Origin: Eledone cirrhosa | Lineage: Eukaryota | Length of the DNA: 64,000 nt | Reading direction: 5' to 3' | Assembly: GCA_964016885.1 (NCBI GenBank) | Contig: OZ024744.1 | Coordinates: forward strand, 75,268,001 to 75,332,000 | Shown here: positions 40,223 to 55,048 of the stretch, piece after piece | Layout: each line of letters begins with the position of its first letter | Numbering within the stretch: the stretch's first letter is position 1 | Position numbers and translations under genes: made by a program | Notes under the pieces: model-generated | Database searches by the model: none | What the model saw: only the letters and a program-made list of their open reading frames with translations | Told to the model about the DNA's origin: nothing

Positions 40223-41219
40223 TATGTATATATATTAATATATATATATATAGAGAGAGAGAGATATATATATACCTATGCCAGCAGGCAGAATTATTGG
40301 TTAGCAGAGAAACAGATAACATAGTTGCGAGAGAAATATAGCTTTGGGTATAAATGAATGCATTTTACAACATTTGCATAATCACCCCAATTCACTTCTT
40401 TTTTTGTTTCTTTTATTGCCGTAGTTTTATTTATTTCATGAATTCTAAATAAAAAATGTACAACTATTTTGTCAACTTGTAACGTTCGAGTAACAGGCGG
40501 AAAAAATGATGCACAATCATTATACTATAAGTTTAATGGCAGAGGACTAACTCTAAATTATTCAACTAGTTATCAAAGTGTAATTATTGTAAAAGTGCGT
40601 ATTTATTTAATATGTGTAATCATACATATATAGATGTATTATTCATGATCGTTCTAAAACCTTTTACAACACTATTGATTCATACGACAGTTTCAAGCGA
40701 TTTAAAAATTTTAGAAATAAATTTTAAAAAATTAGCTATACTGAATATTTTTAACTTTAGTATTATTATTTCACGTTCATGGTGTTGTATAGGTGCTGAT
40801 TTTATATAGGTTTGATATTATATTCGTGCAAAACATAAGTTTTGTATAAATATAATATGTTTTCCAAAAATGTTCGGATATATTATTTATATTCTAAAAA
40901 TGCTCTAGCGAATAAAAGGTTAATTGAATTCATTTTTACATTTAAATGGCTTCATATTTTACATTAAGTGAAGAAATGTTTGCCAGAAAGAATGTGAAAA
41001 TTAAATAGCAAAAGCCAATAATGCGAAATGTCTAAAAGTGATTAAAATACCAAATATATATATATATTAATCACTTTCAGCAGAAGAAATGAGTGTCTAG
41101 TAGAAGGAGGAGGAACATTATTGTAATAGATTGTCTTTACCTTTCATTTTTTAACCCCCTCCATATATGTATGTATATATATGTATATATATGGGTGCGG
41201 GGGGGGGGGTATATATGTA

Positions 41220-41256
<37 letters not shown>

Positions 41257-41585
41257 GAGAGAGAGAGTGTAATAATACAAGGACGATTTGTTAACCCTTC
41301 ATTGCGTTTATTGTTCGCTATTTATCAGAATATTCTGTCATTACATCAGCAGAGGTCCGACGAGCTTTTTTATTCCCAAGTCGGGCTAGATCGATACAGA
41401 TCGAACCTTGAGCTGATCAATAACGAAACGAGCGTCACCAATCTATAAACGTAATGAAGGTTTAACAAATCATACTTGTATTATTATATTACACTCTGTT
41501 TAGCTCTACACCTCAATACAGCCGTGAACCTAAATATAGAGTGCCCACCTGGGTGAAACTACAGTAACTTCATGTTACACTCCCT

Positions 41586-41678
<93 letters not shown>

Positions 41679-41683
<5 letters not shown>

Positions 41684-41872
41684 TTCTACAGGACTAGAAC
41701 TGTTTCATTCTTTAGAAATCATCAGGAATATGCAGATTTCTGATGATTTCTAAAGAATGAAACAGTTCTAGTCCTGTAGAATCTCATCTATATTAAAACT
41801 TTTATACTCTGCTATGTATTGAGTACCTTACTTACTGTGGTTACCTCCGATTCAACCCGGAACAACTTACCT

Positions 41873-41920
<48 letters not shown>

Positions 41921-42056
41921 AATATGTTTATGCCGAGTTCAATCGGGGATAACCACAGTAAGTAAGGTACTCAATTTATACTCAAAAAGAGTATAAATAT
42001 TTAATATAGAAAAGGCTTCCTGATGATTTCTCCCGAATGAAACAGTTCTAGTCATA
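41679..42056. repeat. Nested inverted repeats carrying hammerhead-like CTGATGA...GAAAC cores, within (TA)n
   Basis: Perfect ~47-bp arms at 41679-41786; a second inverted pair at about 41790-41865 / 41935-42010; ctgatgatttc....gaatgaaacagttctagtc at 41740 and 42020. Confidence 0.75.
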
Positions 42057-42142
42057 TGTACATATATGGGTACATTTAATGTATTGCTTATATTTTCAAA
42101 ACATCAAAATGGAGCAAAATATATGAGAAAACAATACAGTAT

Positions 42143-42322
42143 AATTGTTTCTATTTTAGGCACAAGGCCAGCAATTACCCAGTGCATTACTGGTACTTTA
42201 TTTTATCGACCCCGTAAGGATGAAAGGCAAAGTCAACCTCGGCGGGATTTGAACTCAGATCGTAAAGGGACGTAACTATGCTGGAAAGCATGGCGTCCGT
42301 CCCTCTACCGATACTGCCAATC
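42143..42322 (-). mobile_element. tRNA-derived SINE family A
   Basis: Reverse complement of the family A consensus. Confidence 0.87.
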
Positions 42323-42744
42323 CTAATACAATAACGATAGTTGAATACTTGGTATAGTGGGAAAAGTGTCTTAACGTATCGGACATTACTTCGTGATCGG
42401 AAGATAGAACGAGAAAAGCGAAAAGATGGAAAAGAGTTTAAGAAAAGAAAGAAAACAGAAAGGTTTTCACTTTGAAAACGCGTCTGCACTTAGGCAGCCA
42501 TTTTGGAAGATTAGATTTCAGAAGGAGACTTGCGTATTAAAAAGTTCCAAACAGAAAGATAAGCACCGAGGAGTTAGAATATGGGTATTTGTGCGATTGA
42601 GTCCATCTGTGTGTGTGTTTCAATGTCTGTGTCTGTCTGTGTACCTGTGTGCGTCGGTCTTATTTTTATTTATTTTTTTTTTTAAAGCTATGTACGTATG
42701 AAGCTCGCTATGCATGTCAAAACCTGACTATGGTTCAAACATTA

Positions 42745-42945
42745 ACGTGAAATTCCGTTATAACGAAACTCATGGGGTACAAAAACAATACATTGTAACG
42801 AAAATTTCTTTATAACGAGATCGACCTAACGCATCGAGCGTGTGGCCAAGTTTTTTTTAAAAATTCGTTATACTGAAAAATTGGTTAGAATAGTTATACT
42901 GAAAAATTGGTTATAATGGTATTCGTAGTTACAGAGCGTATGTAT
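42745..42945. mobile_element. Possible decayed pogo/Tigger-like MITE
   Basis: Repeated (c)gttataacga / ttcgttata motifs near both ends; termini unclear. Confidence 0.35.
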
Positions 42946-43603
42946 TATATTGTATATAGTGTTTGCACTGAGGTACATTTCTTTCCTCCGTTATTCAATG
43001 GGGATTTCAACGTTTTCGCTATCTCTCGGCAGTATAAGGGCCGAAGCACACGCTTGTGTGGGTTTCTTCTCTGAAAACCTTCTGCTGTACAGCTTTCCTA
43101 AGAGTTTGTTACCACTATGTCAAGCAATATGAATGCTATCAGGGAATAACCGGGCGTTTTTCTCTAATCCGTAGCACAATTTCTTGTTCTCTCATTATGC
43201 ATGTTATCATACAATATTTTGCACCAATCATGTGCTCGCTATAGAAAACTGTGAGTTTTCCCGAGAAGTGTTTGTATATATTGTACCATTTGATGTTGTT
43301 GCGCGGGGTACTTTTCAATCTTGCCTTTTTCAATTTCTTTTCAATTTCTTTTTCGATTTCTTTGACTGAAAGATCCAAAAGCGTAGGAAGAGATTTCCAA
43401 CTCAAATAGAAGTAACTCCTCATTGATCAAAAGACGGCTTTACGAGAGTCTGGGTGTACCTTGTGTATGCATCTCCCAAGTTCTTCTATTACTTTTAAGG
43501 AATCCTACCTGGTATTTTTCAAGTAAATTTTTCATAAAAGCCTACATATATTGCGAATAAATGTTTCTCTATAACAGCAATCAAATAACAATGTTGAAAC
43601 ATA

Positions 43604-43707
<104 letters not shown>

Positions 43708-43884
43708 CGTGTGTATGTATGTGTGTGCGTGTGCGGGAGTATGTGTGGGTATTGTGTGCGCGCGCGTATAGTGACCTATATTTGTAAGTCCATATATTTA
43801 CATTTACTATTCCCCCCGCCGAACTACACGGATGTTAGCGCACGAGTACATACACATACACATATACACACACGCACACGCACG

Positions 43885-44001
<117 letters not shown>

Positions 44002-44628
44002 TATATATATATGAATATATATATAGAGAGAGAGGAGATCAAAATAGATCAAAATAAATTATTTTAATCATATTACATAGAGCTCTATATAGTGTAATAT
44101 TCTCTAAAATGCCCAATTTTATATGCTAACCGAGCATTTTAGAGAACATTACACTATAAAAAGCTCTATGAATATAAGAGCTATAAACATGATTTTCAGA
44201 ATTTCATTTACAAGAATTATATTTAGGTGTAATATTATATAGTATAGTAAAACATAGCATAGTAATTAAAAAATACATTTAAACGAAAACCTAACGCTTC
44301 TTACATAATTGCTTAGACCACTGTTTCGGATGACCAAAGAAAATGTCAATTAGCATAATTAAAATTGGTTAATTAGTAAATTACGTCTATTTACAGCTTT
44401 ACCAAGAAAATTCAAATAAATTGTCTTGTATTGGTAGCAACGTCTAGACAGTGACTAAATTTACAGACAAAATGATACGGCTATAGTATAGAAACCATGT
44501 GCATTTAGATTCAGAAAGTATCTGGTACGACGTTAAAAAGCTAGAGATTAAAAGGAGAGCTAGAAATAACTCACCAAGAGCCTTAAAATCTACAACTCAA
44601 CCTAAATTAATTTGATTAAGGGAATAAT

Positions 44629-44721
<93 letters not shown>

Positions 44722-45186
44722 ATAGATATAGATATAGATATATAGACAACAAAATGGGTCTTTTTCTATTTCCATATGCCACTTGACCTCTAGTTGCACG
44801 TAACTCCCCATGTTCGATATATAAGTCACGCTAATTTACGCATTTCAAAAGCCTGCTTCGTATTTTCCTCTCTTCTGTAATTACATTTAACCTACCCTTA
44901 TATATTCTTAGTTCTATTTAAACACCTTATTCCAACAATCCCTTCTATCTCAAATGAAGAAGCTGTCCCAAAATTTCTTGAAAAGTACTTGGCCATACAG
45001 ATAATCAACAGTTTATTTGGAGTCCGTTATATATATATAGTCTGCGGTTGTGAAACCGGTGACACCACTAATCATGGGAGTACTCAATGCATGGGGAGAT
45101 GCAGAGTGGGTATAGATTCATCCCGACCGCGGTGCAAAGAGGTTTCGGCTTGTGTCACAATCGAAACTCTTGACCCAGTGGTCGGG

Positions 45187-45329
<143 letters not shown>

Positions 45330-45332
45330 CTA

Positions 45333-45379
<47 letters not shown>

Positions 45380-45624
45380 ATTTATATCAGAATAGAGGCG
45401 GTAAAAACCAGTTAGCCAAATACTCACCAGTGTACTCAGTACTCGATACTTGGAGAAGTAGAGTGGATAACATGAAAGGTTCGGGACCGCGACAGCTGAT
45501 CTCCTGCCGTTTTAACAGCTAGAACGGTTTGGATCTATATATATATACATACACATACATGCATACATACAAACAAACAAACATACATACATACTTACAT
45601 ATACACATACATACATGATAAGAT

Positions 45625-46785
45625 GATGAGAGTTGGGAAGGAACTCCTTGAGAGATATTCCCTGTATGATAATCAAAAACTCACACCCAAGGATCGCAGT
45701 ATCGCAGTATCGCAGTATCGCAGTGAATCCATGGATGAAAAACTGCATGCCTATCAGCAACAAATCATGCATGGATATGTTGCCAGGAAGCTCCAGAGTG
45801 AGAGTAATATAGATCAGGAAAGTAGTCTATCTTGGACCAACAACTGCTATATTGGCTCCCACTTTGAAGGATACGCTTTTGAAATCCAGGAATAGGAGAT
45901 TAGCACGAAATACCTGATTCACAAAAGATATAGGGATGCAGGCAAAACACCTAGATGTGATAACAAGTGCAGACTCTGCAGAACTAACATCGAAGATATC
46001 ACCCATGTCATCAGCAGCTGTCCAAAGATGTCATCGCGGTACTATCTACCTATGAGGCATGATGTAGTGGCCAAAACACTGTATAATGCAGTTCGTAACA
46101 AAGATAGCCCCGATAATAAACACATTAAAAGCTACAACAATGTGGAAGAAATCCAGTTACATAATATGAAAGAGTACTGGTGGAATGTTCCAGTAAAAAC
46201 CCCAATAAAATGCAGGCATAACAGACCAGATATTATGATATGGGACAGAGATTAGAAAACATGCACAGTAGTGGAAATTAGCTGCCCAGCAGATGCCAAT
46301 ATAATATCAAAGATTAGTGAAAAGGAGAATATTTATGCAGAACTGATAAGAAATCTGCAGATACTCCACCCTGATTACACCTTCAGATTTATGCCTGTGA
46401 TTATTGGGGCACTGGGATATGTTAGTAACTGCCTGAATACAAATCTTGAGAAGCTAGGCTTCACAGAAACAGAAAGAACACAACTAGTTAGGAAACTACA
46501 AGTGCAATCCATTAATGGAACAGTAAAAATATGTAAAACATTCCAAAACTTTTGCATCTAATAACTACATATACACATGTACAGATACAAAGCATATACA
46601 CATGCACACATACAACTCAAAACACCCACATCCACACATACAATAACATCCATATCTACACATGCATACATACATATCTACCTAGTTGATGTTGTATAAA
46701 TTCCAATGAGAGAGACTTGTGTCTATGTTAGAAACCAACTCTCTCTGTGTTGGTAAAACTTTGTGAAATTATAAAACCAGAAGAA
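45625..46785 (+). mobile_element. R4/Dong-like non-LTR retrotransposon, 5'-truncated (CCHC + restriction-like endonuclease)
   Basis: MHG, EGYAFEIQE, CRLC...EDITHVISSC, RHDVVAK, HNRPDI, VEISCP, EKENIY, MPVIIGALG; a few in-frame stops; (CATA)n on both sides. Confidence 0.87.
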
Positions 46786-46867
46786 CATACATACATACAT
46801 ACATACATACATACATACATACATACATACATACATACATACATACATACATACATACATACATACA

Positions 46868-47190
46868 TCATGGCTGCCCCCTCTTTATCGAGTATGGTCA
46901 TTGCACAATATAAGATTATGGGTCGATAAAATAAAGTACCAGTAATGTACTGGGTAATTGTTGGCCTTATGCCAAATGTAGAAACAATTATTAAATAATT
47001 GTTTCTACTTTAGGCACAAGGCCAGCAACTACCCAGTGCCTCACAATATTAAATAATGCTGTAGTGCAATGCCTGTACGTGATGATTATTTTTAAAGTGA
47101 GGAAAGACTGTGCACTGAGCCAATCCCACTCTCTGAGAGACAGTAGCTATAACTCGAAAAGAAGAAAAGATCAACATCATCGGTAACCCT
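46868..47190 (-). mobile_element. (TATG)n-tailed repeat interrupted by inverted SINE A ends
   Basis: Homologous to 16788-17000, with 46920-47040 replaced by SINE A 3' sequence and its reverse complement. Confidence 0.75.
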
Positions 47191-47859
47191 ATTATTTCTA
47201 TTTCTCCGCGCATATATATACTCATGTATGCATGTATATACATATATACATATACATATATATACTCATGTATACATGTATATACATATAGAAATATACA
47301 CACATGCATGCATGTATATACATATTTATATGTATGGCCATTGACTCTTATGAGTTCATCAGCCCTTTGTCAGGTTTTGTTTTTTGTCCTGCAGGGTGTC
47401 CAAAATCATCTTCCTCACCAAGTAAACTTGGTGGGGTTACCGGTTTAGTCGCCGACGACCCGACCATGTGACAGGTTGTACTACATACATACATACATGA
47501 CATGATGATGGCTGCCCCCTCGTTACCGAGTATGGCCATTGCACGATATACCATTATTAATACTTATTAATTAATTGTATCGTGCGTGAAGATAGTTTTA
47601 AAGTGAGGAAAGATTGTGCACTGAGCCAATCCCACTCTCTGAGAGTAGCTATAACCCTAAAAGAAGAAAAGATCAACATCATCGGTGTGTCTGTGTATGT
47701 ATGTATGCGAGTGTGCTTGTGCATGTTTATTTAATAAATACAGTTATATTTTGGAATCCGTACTTTAATCAGAAATTTGTGATTCTTTAAATTTCAACAC
47801 CTAGAAGATTTTAAATTGAATGAGATATCAAACATGCTTGGTTATTTAAAATTAAGAAC

Positions 47860-48175
47860 TACTACAAAAACAACAACAACAGCAACAGCAGCAACAACAA
47901 CAAAAGTTACAACAACAGCAACAACAGTTACAACAACAGTAACAACAACAAAAGCCATAACAACAAGAATTGCAACAACAACAACAGTTACAACAACAGT
48001 AACAACATCAAAAGGAACAACAAGAACAGCAACAACCATAACACCACCAACAACAACAACATCAACAACAGCAACAACAGCTACAACAAAAACAACAACA
48101 GGGACAACAACTGCAACAACAACAAGTAACAACAGGGACAACAACTGCAACAACAACAGTAACAACACCATCACC

Positions 48176-48207
<32 letters not shown>

Positions 48208-48344
48208 CAGCAACAACAACAACAGCAACAGCAACAACAGCAACAGCAACAACACCACCACCAACACCAACAACAACATCCACAACACCAACAACAACAT
48301 CATATATAACAGCAACAAGAGTAACAACAAGAATAAGAACAGCT

Positions 48345-48377
<33 letters not shown>

Positions 48378-48470
48378 CCGCCACAAACACCACCAACAAC
48401 AGTAACAACAACAGCCACTGCAGCAATAGCAACAATAATAACAGCAATAAAAGCAACAGCAACAATAACT
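47860..48470. repeat. Degenerate (AAC)n/(CAA)n microsatellite
   Basis: Seen directly. Confidence 0.92.
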
Positions 48471-48669
48471 AAATGTATTGATTTAAATACTGGAAGTAAA
48501 TCTAATTTAATTTTTATTTTATATGTGATTCATTTATACATTGTTTGTTTGTTTGTCTTTTTTTGTTTGTTTTATTTTATTTTTGTTTTTTGTTTTTGTT
48601 TTTTTCATGGTAGCCATCACTGGTATTTTAGTTATTGCAGTTGTGATTATTTTTATTATTATTTTATTT

Positions 48670-48716
<47 letters not shown>

Positions 48717-48823
48717 TTTGTCATTAGCATCTGAATGGACATTGCTATTAAATCGGTTTTTATCACTGGTGCAGCTGTGTCGTACTACTGTCATATGAGT
48801 TAGAATATATATATGTGCATGTA

Positions 48824-48872
<49 letters not shown>

Positions 48873-48879
48873 ATATATA

Positions 48880-48920
<41 letters not shown>

Positions 48921-48997
48921 ATATATATATATATGTGTGTGTATGTATGTGTGTGTGTATGTGCGTATATACATGTATATATAATTATGTATATATG

Positions 48998-49032
<35 letters not shown>

Positions 49033-49113
49033 GTATATATATATGTATATATATATATATATTTATATGTATATAATATATATATATATGTATATATATA
49101 TATACATATAGAT

Positions 49114-49147
<34 letters not shown>

Positions 49148-49155
49148 ATCCATAC

Positions 49156-49186
<31 letters not shown>

Positions 49187-49555
49187 TAATTATATATATA
49201 TATGTGTGTGTGTGTGTGTTGTATATATATATGTATGTATTATTTTTCTGAAACATATAATAATGACAGACAGAACCCTAATATCCCAGATGTTATTTAT
49301 GAAATATATTTCTTATCTTATTATTTGACGTGATTGTCATAAAATCAAATTAGTTTCAGTCGTCATCCAGGGTTTACGTTTCAATTCTCTGGGTTACTTA
49401 ACCTTTAAACGATATATGTTGTAAATATTGTTATTTCGTGTTAAGAAAAAAAAAATATATATATGTTTAGATTGATTTCACATAGTGTGTGAGATGTGTG
49501 TTGGTGTAAAAAGTGACCAATCACATTGTTTACAATTTCACTCTCTGTCTATGGT

Positions 49556-49700
49556 CCCAACTTGGAAGGTCCGAACTCCCACTGTCATCGCCTCCATCTC
49601 TCGGTATGGTGAGCAAATGAGGTCCCACGTGCAGGCCCCCTTACAGTCCCGGCGGACAGAATGGAGAAGGCGTTTCCCCGGAGGATGGTAAGGGAGATCC
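49556..49700 (-). mobile_element. CRE-like element extreme 3' fragment
   Basis: The reverse complement (ctccggggaaacgcc...attctgtcc...gtgggacctcatttgctca...atgacagtgggagttcgg) aligns with 1330-1465. Confidence 0.75.
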
Positions 49701-51806
49701 TAAAAACACTTTCTAACTCATCCTCAATAATTGTCGAAATCTAATGTTCTGCATAAGATTTTCTTAGCCAGAGTTAGCTCTGATCAAGCAGACTTATGCT
49801 GAAAGACAATCAAGCTGTAACTGTGATTATTGTTTTGTTTGTTTACTCTTTTACTCTTTTACCTGTTCCAGCCATCCAGCTGAGGCCATGCTGGGGCACC
49901 GCCCTTGTTTGTTTACTTTTTCGAACATTTAGTGTGTCTAGTACTGAATTATCCAATCTGTTATTTTGTTTTAAAAAAGACAGTGGGATTTAATTTGATG
50001 AAATGTGAGTTGTGTTTCAAACTTGCCGTGTGACCACACAGGGGTTCGCACCCTCTTTGGATCTATCAAATGTATGCAGCGTCGATGGCATGGTGTTATT
50101 CATGTACAACTACATTAATGTGTGTGTAATATGTGTGTCTGTTTCTATGAGAGTAGGGTACGATTTAACGTAGATTTGACTGTTGTTTCTAGCAGTTCAA
50201 GTAACCACGTAGCATTGCCCTCGTTAGCTTGGCTAGTTTAGGTATTTAGTATATATATTTTTATATGAATTATTTCATTATTTAGTTATAGTTAGATACT
50301 TAATCTAGCAATGATATTCTATTCGTTACCCAATGCAAGCAGTTAGTGAACGATTAATATAATTTCTATTCAGCTATTGTTACATTTTATCTGTAAAATG
50401 AGATTATTAACTGGATAAGGTATTGCAGTATCTATTATTCGGTCAATAGTTAGAATCGGCTGCAGGCATTTCGAAGTGGTTCTTGGCTGTTTGGGACCAA
50501 ACCATCAAACCATTAATTAATTATTCAGTGGAGAGATTTATCTTATTTAGAATCGCTTAATATGAAGAGACCCCGACTAAACACTGGCTTTTATATAACT
50601 CTATAATTGTTGTCATCACTCACATCTTATTTGAAATGTTTCATAAACATGGAAACTCTGATACTGTAGGAGGTACTGTTGATAAACTTGTAGAAATTTA
50701 TTACAAACATTTTAGTTTATTTTTTAATTCGTTTTAAATTATTCCAGTTATTTACCTAAAACATAACTACCAAAATGTAATCATGATTTAATAAGTCTTG
50801 AGAATAGTTATACCTGTTATGATTAGACGGTGGGCGGAAATAAAATCACAAGAAAAGTTTTACACAAAACGTTACATTTTTGACTCGGAGAAAAGATTTA
50901 AACCAGAATATAAGTGTTTCTTTTTTTTTTTTTTTTTTTGACAGATTTTATCGATTCAATGTAGAGAATCTCTCAGTGTCATGAAAAGCCATTGATATAA
51001 AAAATAATTGAACAGTATCTAATAAAAACGCAACACACCTTTAAAAGGAACAGAAAAGGGAAACAAAATAAGAAAATGAAAAGGAGAAAAACAAGGAAGA
51101 ATCAAGCAACAAAAGAAAAGGAGAGAGTGAGGGACAGTCACTAAATTTCAGTTTGAGCGGTACCTTAGACGCGCCCTACGGACAAAACGGCAAGAGCCTT
51201 ACTGCGGAGAATGGCAAGAGACACCTACTGCAACATCCAGCCCTCAAGCTTCCTCCTCAAGCGGCCGCCGTCTTTCCGATTTACGGAAAAAATCAGCAGT
51301 GTGGGACCAAGCTTTTCTTGTGTTCTTGCTTTTTCCCCTTAACTTTATACCCTTTTTATGGTATTAAATAAAATGTTACTTTTTCTCTTGTCACTAATGT
51401 TCTTCAAGGATTGGGTCAAACAAACCTAAAAACTACTACAGTTGTTTATATAAAGTCAAAGTAGAAAGTCAAAGTAGTCATCTAAGTACAACAATACTTA
51501 GCACTTTCACTTTGTTTATTATCTGTTTCTGTCTGTCTTGTTTATTATTTCTGACTTTATAGTTTCTTTTTATGATATATTATTGTTTCAACTTATATAT
51601 TATCGACCATTCTTCATCTTCACTTTTGATATTGTTGCTAAATGCGACAATTTTCTGAACTGTTTTTTCTTCTTCTATCTTTTATTTTTCTCCTTTGAAC
51701 AATTTTTGACACAATTATTACCTCTTTTCTAGACACTTATTCCATTGCCTATATATAGCATCCAATATTTTGTCAATTAACACATAGCCACGGTACACAT
51801 ACATAC

Positions 51807-52041
51807 CAATAAATTTGGGAAATCTTTTCTCTCGGAAATTCCAATAAAATCCCGCTTATTTGGAAAGGAATGCCGTCATCTAAACTTAAAAGCAAAGTTA
51901 ATCCAAGCTTTTCTAATGTGAGTGATGTAGAATTACTCAATTCAGCTAATGGTTCATATGTTAGGTCAGTGGGTTTTTTCTTTGTTTTTTTTTTATTTTT
52001 AGATTTCAGTTCATGGTGACCCTTCTTTGTTAATTGTATTT
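51807..52041 (-). other. Candidate host coding exon of unknown gene
   Basis: Minus strand tttgcag| acceptor, open frame EIQLTKKGHHELKSK...LLEFPREKISQIY, and TG|gtatgt donor; non-repetitive sequence. Confidence 0.35.
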
Positions 52042-52313
52042 CTGCAAAGAACATATTTGTTTTGTTTTCATTGCTACAGCCGTAGAATAACTGGCAACAT
52101 AAGTATTACTGCTATTAATTGTAGTAATATTTTACCTATCAATCACTCGAGGCAATTGAGAAAGCATTTACATTTGTTTTTACTTTCCGTGGAATTATGT
52201 ATGTGTTGGGTACACACATACACTTACACAAGAATACGTAACCCCTGCACACACACACACTTACATATATTACACATATACACTCATATAGATACACATA
52301 TATATATATATAT

Positions 52314-52377
<64 letters not shown>

Positions 52378-52497
52378 TATATATATATATATATTCATAT
52401 CTCTGTGTGTGTCTGCGTGTGTGTCTGCGTGTGTAAATAAATATGTATATATATATGTCTATGCATATATATATAAATATATTTATATATATGCATT

Positions 52498-52529
<32 letters not shown>

Positions 52530-52555
52530 AGTGAGTGTATATATATGTATGTATA

Positions 52556-52604
<49 letters not shown>

Positions 52605-52672
52605 ACATATATATATATCCTAATATATCCCTTCCACATACTGTACCGATTGTGTTGTTATTTCTGTTTACC

Positions 52673-52808
<136 letters not shown>

Positions 52809-54173
52809 ACATACATAATACATACATACGATCATATATACACATACTCCACCCAATTCCTTCCATTTATATAGTTCTTTTAAAAATTCGTAATTGTGTG
52901 CTATTAAATTATTAGAATACATTGCAATAATAATATTTGTCACTGTAGACTTTCCGTTGCTACTTAAAAGTCAAATTATAAGTATGCTATTTAGGATTAC
53001 AAGTCCAGGACTTAGAAGAACGGGCAATTCATTTTTGAGAGGATACACCAGAGTTTACAAAATTGATTCAAGTGTTATTTTCTAAGAATACGTATAAGTC
53101 CTTAAAACTAAAAGCAATTGTATAATTCTGTTTGGCGTCAAATGTTGGCGCTGCCAATGACAAATGCAGGTAAATCTGATGGCCGTATATATTATTCTCT
53201 CACTCTCTTTAGCTACCATTTTCTTTCTTTTCTTCAATTCTATTTTGTTTTGTCAATGATTTGTTTATTTCTTTTACTTTCTTTTTTTTTCTTTTGTTGT
53301 TGTTGTTGTTGGTGGTGTTTTCCCCGCTCCTAATTCCCACCCTTTTTCACTTCTATTGTCTATATTCCACTTATTTATATGTACCGCCACAGACACACAG
53401 AATGCAAATAGACGTAACACGTAGAGTATGAATTGCATGCGTACATAGCTTATATAGTTTATATATATATGTGTGTGTAACATAGATAGTTTATATATGC
53501 GTACATATTTTTGTATGTATATAAGTATATGTGAGTGTGTATATATATGTGTGTATATGTATGTATGTACGCATATTTACATGTGTCCATGTATGTACGT
53601 AACAATAGATGCAGTTATGGCCCCGTGTTTAAGAAGTTTGTTTTACAATCATGAGTTTCAGAGGTAGAACCAACCGCATCTTGGATAAGGGTTCTTTCCA
53701 GAGAATAGTGTTTCCCCCAAGGCTTGAAATTGAAATTATTAAATTTCGCCGTGGTGCATTTCCATCACCCAGCTTTCACGTTGCTTTAGTAACAAGTTTC
53801 AGAATTAATAGTAAGCGTTTTAGTGTTGATAGTAGTGATACATTTAAAACCAAGTGAAATAATTGTTTTCAACCATGAAACATTATGACCACTACCTTTC
53901 TGGTGCTGTGGTTTCAAAATCACCAAAGAACTTCTTCAGTAGAGGTTATATTAGCTAAAAAAAAAAACGTTTGTTTCTTTTCATCTTTCAGTTTTCAGCT
54001 TCTGGGTTAAGAATGAAATAGTTAATGTATGCTTTCATTAAAGGGGTTGCACAGTTAACAAGTTGAGTTCATATTCTAGAGATTTTTATTTTCAGTCAAG
54101 AACTTAGTTAATATAGTGACCAGACATTTTAGTAGACTTTTTGTTTTTAGTTAGATCTATTAAGCATGCATAG

Positions 54174-54530
54174 GCGGTGAATTGGCAGAGTAGTTAGAGA
54201 ATAGGATAGAATGCTTTATGGTATCCGTTCCGGTCCTCTGATCTCTGAGTTCAAATCCCACGGAGGTCTACTTTGCCTTTCATCCTTTCGAACTCGATAA
54301 ATAAGCACCAGTCTAGTACTGGGATCGATTCTTCCTGTACATCTATTTATCTCTCTCTCTATATATATATATCTCACTTTCTATTTTTCTCTGGAAGAAA
54401 TCTGCTGTACTCAGGCCTGGAGAGGGATGGGCTCCACCAGGCTTAAAATGGCCAGGAAACGCCGTATCTCAATGAGGCGCCCCTATGACTATCGGGTGTT
54501 ACGGGATCAGATATACATACATACATACAT
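54174..54530 (+). mobile_element. SINE family A, long-tail variant
   Basis: ggcggtgaattggcag head, B-box gagttcaaatcc, central domain, extended 3' region shared with 5640-5750, ending near (CATA)n. Confidence 0.78.
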
Positions 54531-55039
54531 TATGCAGTGAAGTTATAATTCGTCTCACACTTTAGACTAACTACTCCTGCATGTATAGGTATATGCAGGT
54601 ATGTATATATGTATGCATATATTTTTTGTATGCATGAATGTCAGTTAATGTACAAATCTGTATTTATAACTTACGTGATCATATACATATCTCTGTATGT
54701 ATATACGTGTCTATATGATAAACTTCCAAAATGTTTTTCCTAATTAACTATATATTTTCTTATTCTGTAAAATCTATCTAATTAAGAAATGTGTTGAGGT
54801 AGTCAGTTACATAAACAACTGCCTACTAATTACAGAGATAAATCTGATGTTATAATCCCTATGTGTATATATATATACCCGTTGAGAATCGATAGGATGC
54901 GGTCTCTCTTACGAGTATGTCATATAACATTTTATACATCTAATATTGTATTTTGTCTGAAGAAGGCATGCTATAATTTAGCAACCCTGAAATATATATA
55001 ATGAAATAAATAATGATGCTATATTGTTATATATTCCGT

Positions 55040-55048
55040 TTATTATTA

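Noticed and set aside
43139-43510. Minus-strand 94-aa ORF as a possible host exon
   Set aside because: No recognisable homology and an in-frame stop just upstream; cannot be supported.
44076-44170. Imperfect AT-rich hairpin as a pre-miRNA
   Set aside because: More likely a small inverted duplication; there is no evidence of processing or conservation from sequence alone.
47816-48472. 218-aa Thr/Asn-rich mucin-like ORF
   Set aside because: Degenerate (AAC)n repeat open in several frames and on both strands; non-ATG start and no other gene features.
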